The position numbers were made by a program, and so were the translations under genes. DNA of 64,000 nucleotides from Macrostomum hystrix (lineage: Eukaryota; Animalia; Platyhelminthes): contig CATNEN010000038.1 of assembly GCA_950097015.1 (NCBI GenBank), positions 15,128,001 to 15,192,000 on the forward strand, read 5' to 3'. How positions within the stretch are numbered: the first letter of the stretch is position 1; each line of letters starts with the position of its first letter. Under the pieces are notes generated by a model. The model was given only the letters and a program-made list of their open reading frames with translations, was not told where the DNA came from and did not search any database. Below, piece after piece: positions 58,862 to 64,000 of this stretch.

Positions 58862-61800
58862 ATGGCAGAACATTCATCAGCACTTCCCAGTCTAGCCGCT
58901 GAGTCAGTGACGGCTGCGACAGCCGGCAGACCTGACGAGCTCCACTTCGCCTCGCCTAGTCGACAAACTAAACTGCGCGACCTAGTCAGGCATTGCCAGC
59001 TAGGCGACTGTCGGAGCTTGTCGCGGCTGCTGAAGAGCAGTCGAACCTGTAGGAAATTTGTGTCTGGCGACATCTGCCCTGATGGTACAAAATTGTTCGG
59101 TTTTTTTAGCCAGTAATTGTTGACCCATTACCGATTTTTAAAAGGGTTGTCAGTGGCAGAGCGTTTGCCGTAGAGAGAAGGCTTAGGGGCTTGTCGTGTA
59201 ATTTACTGCCGTTTGGAGGGCCAACCTCCAAGGCACAGTGAGAGTGTACACTGTCTGACGAAGAGAAAGTCAGGACAGATGTGCACACCTGTGTGAGTGT
59301 CTGCCTGCGTACAGTATCTGTGTGTGCTCCTCGCTGGCTGCAGGTCTAGAGTCACCAAATGATGTGCCAGCGCCGGCAGCCCTCTTGCAATTATGATTAT
59401 TATATTCAATATTATCATTATTCCAATATCTAGTGTTATCGCCGCAGTCAGACATCGATAATTCGTCCGACACTACGTTTTCTTTAACTGCGCCACTTCT
59501 ACACCTGGCAGTAAAATGCGGCCAGCCGCAGCTGCTCCGACTGCTATTGAAGCATCGTTGCCCGGTGTCCGCTGCTGACAGGCCGCTGGGTAGGACGGCT
59601 TTGCATTTGGCAGCCGGATTTGCTGATCCAGACACTTGCTCAACTCTGGTGAGTTGTTTATCGATAGTATTTTCATTGTTAGATGTAAAAATTTTGATCG
59701 TGTTTTCGCAGTAAGACTGCGAGGGTTGTAGCCTAGTGGTTAGAGCGTCGGACTAACGACTTGGAGGTCGGGGGTTCGATTCCCCACTCCATTGGGATAA
59801 TTTGTGTCTTTTAGCAAGACAGTTAACTCTGCATTGCTTCAGTTCACGCAGCTGTTAAATGGGTATCAGCATCAGCTGGGACGATTGAGGGTGGGTGTGG
59901 CGTCCCCCCAGTCCATGGACTGAACAGCCGTACGCAGCCTTCAGATGCATCGTGCAATAGCTGCGGCTGGGCTGTGGACTGCACATCTGGCCCGAATGAA
60001 GCAGAGGAAGGAAAAAATAGTTTTTTTATTGATCGGTAAATGAGTGTCTGAGCGGTCAAATGCGTTAGTTTCTCGCACCTCAGGCGTCAAATAGACAGAA
60101 TGGCCTCCTAGCTGTCGTTAAAAATGTAAACAAAAAATAATTTTTGACTTTTTCTAAACATATCGGATGGGAATTTTTTTCCGTTTTTTAATTAGGTAAC
60201 TACTAGTGTCCGATTTTATTGTCGCCTATCTAACTGAATTCGTTAAGAATATGATTGTTTATAATTGTCTCCCCTTGTTATGTTATCCTGATAGTTTATA
60301 ACATTCAATGAAACAATGACGAAGATAACCTTGGTTATTCTACTAAAAGTAGGATGCATCGTTTTTTGTAGTTTTGTTTTCACTTTTTTAATATAAATTT
60401 CCAGATTGATCACGGAGCTAATTTATCGAGGTGCGATCTAAACAATAGAACACCCCTTCACCTACTGGCTATTGGCGCTGCATCTGCCACCTCAGCCGCC
60501 AGGGTATTGTCCACAGCTCGCGTTCTGATTGGCCAGCCAGATTTTAATCCGGAAAGCAAAGATTCAGTTTACATTGTCGACCTGGTGGACGAGTTCGGTT
60601 GGACTGCTCTGCACTTGGCTGTGATTGGCTCTCTCTGTGACTTAGCCAGCTGCCTGCTGAATGAGTTTAACGCCCGCACCGATCTTCAGGACTATCGAGG
60701 TCGAACTCCGCTTCACTGGGCCTCGGTTGCTAGCCCCGACACGGCGTCCGTTTCACTCATCCAGCTTCTGCTGCGCGATTCGACTAATTCAACAAAGGCT
60801 ATCTTAGCCAAGGATTCTGTTAGCGGCGCAACACCCTTGCACCTCGCGGCCGCGGCCAATCGCGTCGCTGCTCTGCGTCAGCTGGTTGCTGGGCTGACAG
60901 TATCGTTAGACACAGTTGTTGATGATCGCGGATTGACGCCCTTTCACTGGGCGGTTGCTAGGCAGGCCAACGACGCTATCGAAGCCTGGCTAACCGAGGG
61001 CTGGCCCCTGCCCCAGGATGCCGCTCTGTGCGCAGCCGCCTGTAACAATGCGACTGTTTTAAATCGGATTGAAAGTCTGACATGCCCTCGCTACTGCTGT
61101 CTGCCTGAAGGATTGTTGAAAACTGATTCTTCTGGCTACGGTGTGTGGCACTACGCTGCCGCTGCTAAGGCGACTGTTCTACTGTGCGCAATGATTAATA
61201 GCGATAAACATTGCCTTCTGAATGCTTGCATCAACCATGGCCAAGATTCTAAATATAGCCGCGGCAAAGAGTCACAGAAACTCTATTACTATGGTAATAA
61301 ATCTGACAATATCCGCGAAAACGAATCTGAGAATCTCCTTGGTAACGGATCTGAGAATCTCCTTGGTAACGGATCTGAGTATCTCCTTGGTAACGGATCT
61401 GAGAATCTCCTTGGTAACGGATCTGAGTATCTCCTTGGTAACGGATCTGAGAATCTCCTCGGTAACGGATCTGAGAATCTCCTCGGTAACGGATCTGAGA
61501 ATCTCCTTGGTAACGGATCCGAGAATCTCCTTGGTAACGGATCTGAGAATCTCCTTGGTAACGGATCTGAGAATATCCTTGGTAACGGATCTGAGAATCT
61601 CCTTGGAATCGAGTCTGAGAATTTCCATGTAAACGGATCTGAGAATCTTCTTGGTATTGAATCTGAGAAACACCTTGGAAACGAGTCTGAATATCTTCAT
61701 GGTAACGTCCACGGTAACGAATCAAAATATATCCATCGTATCAAATCAAAGAATTGCCGTGGTACGGAATTGGCAAGTGACCATGCTTTAGAGTTGGAAA

Positions 61801-62411
61801 ATAGTGACGAATTATCAAAGAATCTTCGTGGTAAGGAATCAGAAAAAGACCATACTAACGAGTTAGATAATCGCCATGACAACTTATTCATACGTCAACA
61901 AAGCAACCAATCAAAGGGCATTGATAGCCTAGAATTTCAAAGCACTATTGAAAGGCGTCGTCGTGCTGACGATAAATCCGTTAATGAATTAAACGGTCTC
62001 CATGGCAACCAATCAGAAAATAGCCAGACAGCTCCGATGACGCCGGCCCATGTAGCCGCGGCCGCCGGAGCCGTCGACTGTCTCGCCTGGACTCTGGCGT
62101 CGCGCCCCGATTGGCTGGCTGAGCCAGATCGCCAGCGGGGCTGGACGCCGCTCCACTGGGCAGCCGCCTTCGGCCGGGCGTCCTGCGCCAGCCTCCTGCT
62201 TGACTTGGGCACGCCGCACACGGTATTCAGCGTCGGAGCTTTCGCCGACGGTTGGACGCCGTTAGACTGCGCGGTGTTCGCCGAGCATTTGCGCCTAGCC
62301 GACTGGCTGCGAAGTCGGGGAGCCGTCACTGGGTCGGAGCTGCGGCATTGCGCAGCCAGCCGCCTGCAGCGGTGGTGGCGACAGCGTCAGACAAGGAGCT
62401 GTGGGAAATAA
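58862..62411 (+). CDS. Ankyrin-repeat protein with C-terminal IQ-like motif (inversin-like architecture)
   Basis: Exons 58862-59084, 59434-59648, 60405-62411; repeated GRTALHLAA/GWTALHLA/GRTPLHWA/GATPLHLAA/GWTPLHWAA; AASRLQRWWRQR. Confidence 0.85.
59146..59350 (+). mobile_element. SINE family 2, internally deleted copy (intronic)
   Basis: gagggccaacctccaaggcacagtgagagtgtacac...ctcctcgctggctgc matches the reverse complement of 56249-56546. Confidence 0.75.
59721..60017 (+). mobile_element. tRNA-derived SINE family 1, best-preserved copy (intronic)
   Basis: A-box tagcctagtgg, B-box ggttcgattcc, central tgtgtcttttagcaagacagttaactctgcattgcttcag...taaatgggtatc. Confidence 0.8.
61323..61700 (+). 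repeat. In-frame 24-bp coding minisatellite (ENLLGNGS)n
   Basis: About 12 near-perfect plus several degenerate copies within the open 634-aa frame. Confidence 0.9.
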
Positions 62412-62952
62412 AATAAAGCTATTGTCTCCATTTGCTGCCATAAATTGCTATACGTTGCTAAATAGTGTTCATTTTCTAAGAATGTTACTTTGTTTCTAAG
62501 AATTAAACTACGTTCTAAAGAATATGATTCCGTTATTTATTTTTTTGGTTTTCAAGGATGTGATTTAGTTTCTAAAAATGAATTTTACTTTCTAACATGT
62601 TTCTAAGAATGTTTTTTAGTCTCTAGGCCTAGGGGTTCTGTTTATTAACATCAACTGTACTATATTTATCCGATCCCATGTTCAGCTATGTACACACGAA
62701 CTTCAAACTCAAAGCATTTGTTTTACTGTACTTCCATTTATTCGAAGAATAATGCTAGGATGTGTGCTATTATGTTATTTTACTATTTTTAATAAAAAAT
62801 ATTACTCTTTTTTACTGTCGAATTTTGGTTTTATCTTCAAATATTCTAAATTCAAAGATTTGATTAGCTAAAGATTCAAATGATGCGTTATAAAATAACA
62901 CTTTAGTAATAAAAATTGCAGTGATTAGTAACAACTAAGGCAGCTATAACGC

Positions 62953-63927
62953 ATGGCTTCAAACGAAAGCAAATTTGTTCACGTGCTGAACATCTGGCTG
63001 GAGAAGCCCCACGTTGCCTGTTCGTCCATCTTTGGCGCCAAATATGTCCATTCCCTCGAGACATCGTCAGCAGAGCAAGATCCCCAGATTGTTGTGTTCA
63101 CCAGACAGTTGCTACACAATAGTCTTGACGTTGAACCGCTGGTTGAACGCATCGTACTGTCGCCGCTTGACTTACAGGCTGAATTCTTCACCCAAAGCGA
63201 TGATCAGTGTCTTTATCGCGTCTTTATGATGAAATCTGACGATAATACTGGACAATAGTGAGTCAGATATTCATTTAAGAACTGACTTAGCATACTACTG
63301 CGTCTTCTACTCGTATTGCTATAACAAAATCTATTAGGCAAAATTATATTTTAGCCAAAAATATTGTAGGGAGGGGTTGAGGTTATTCGCGTAGCTGACT
63401 AGATCAGCCCTCAGCCAATCCGGTTGCGGAGAGGGGTTGAGGTTATTCGCGTAGCAGACTAGATCAGCCATCAGCCAATCCGGTTGCGGAGAGGGGTTGA
63501 AGTTATTCGCGTAGCAGGCTAGATCAGCCGTCAGCCAATCCGGTTGCGGGACAGATACAGATTTCACCATCGTGCGTGAGTGTTATAAATTAAAAAAATC
63601 ACATTCATTTTTCTATTTCCACTCAGTCGCATCGCGGTGTCAGTCTGTCGCGAGCCAACTCAACTGGAGCTCAGATATCACACCGCCGATTGGCTAAAAT
63701 CAAGCCTATCAGCCAGACTAAATCGGTGGCTAGCACAATGCCGAGACGAATCTAAGGATTTAGTTAAAACGCCTGCTTCATTGGCCTGTGTTGATTTGGC
63801 ACTTTATCAAGCCGCCTACTATCGCATGAAGGCTGTCTATGGGCCAAAGCTGATTGCTAACTGGTCAGAGCGAACCAACGCTGAGAAGTTTGTTTACGAA
63901 GATATTGGTATTGCCGCATACTTGTTG
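62953..63927 (+). CDS. TRMT44: tRNA (uracil-O(2)-)-methyltransferase, 5' partial
   Basis: Exons 62953-63257 (IWLEKPHVA) and 63627-63927 (WSERTNAEKFVYEDIGIAAYLL, the TRM44 KFVYEDxxIAAYLL motif); continues beyond window. Confidence 0.85.
63370..63549. repeat. 60-bp tandem repeat x3 in TRMT44 intron 1
   Basis: gaggggttgaggttattcgcgtagc.gactagatcagcc.tcagccaatccggttgcgg. Confidence 0.9.
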
Positions 63928-64000
63928 GTAAATAGCGCATCAGAAATTATATTTTAAGAATCGCTATCAACCTCCGAAATCCTCAGGTTCAAACTGTCAA

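Noticed and set aside
61996-62017. RFX X-box-like gtctccatggcaac plus CCAAT (also gttgctatggaaac at about 53588)
   Set aside because: Both lie inside coding exons; short motifs with no independent support

Overview
Eukaryotic (metazoan) genomic DNA with spliced genes. Gene style and the density of intronic minisatellites suggest a free-living flatworm such as Macrostomum; this is inference only. Nine host genes were reconstructed by hand from GT-AG junctions: a CNBD2-like cyclic-nucleotide-binding protein (-), SNRNP27 (-), a FADS6-like desaturase (-), a small HEAT-like protein (+), an NPC2/ML-domain protein (+), a divergent rhodopsin-type GPCR (+), a furin/PCSK5-like convertase (+), an ankyrin/IQ protein (+) and the 5' part of TRMT44 (+). 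There is one tRNA-Pro(TGG). Mobile DNA includes an intact, very young Gypsy (Mag-like) element with identical 208-bp LTRs, and a decayed Ingi/I-group LINE with a 2A ribosome-skipping motif that appears nested inside a second related LINE. There are also a MITE, two tRNA-derived SINE families and a Helentron/HINE-like repeat. The most striking window-wide pattern is that about 16 of 21 complete coding-region introns, and most 3' flanks, each carry their own tandem minisatellite, some showing unit switches, higher-order duplication and strand flips.
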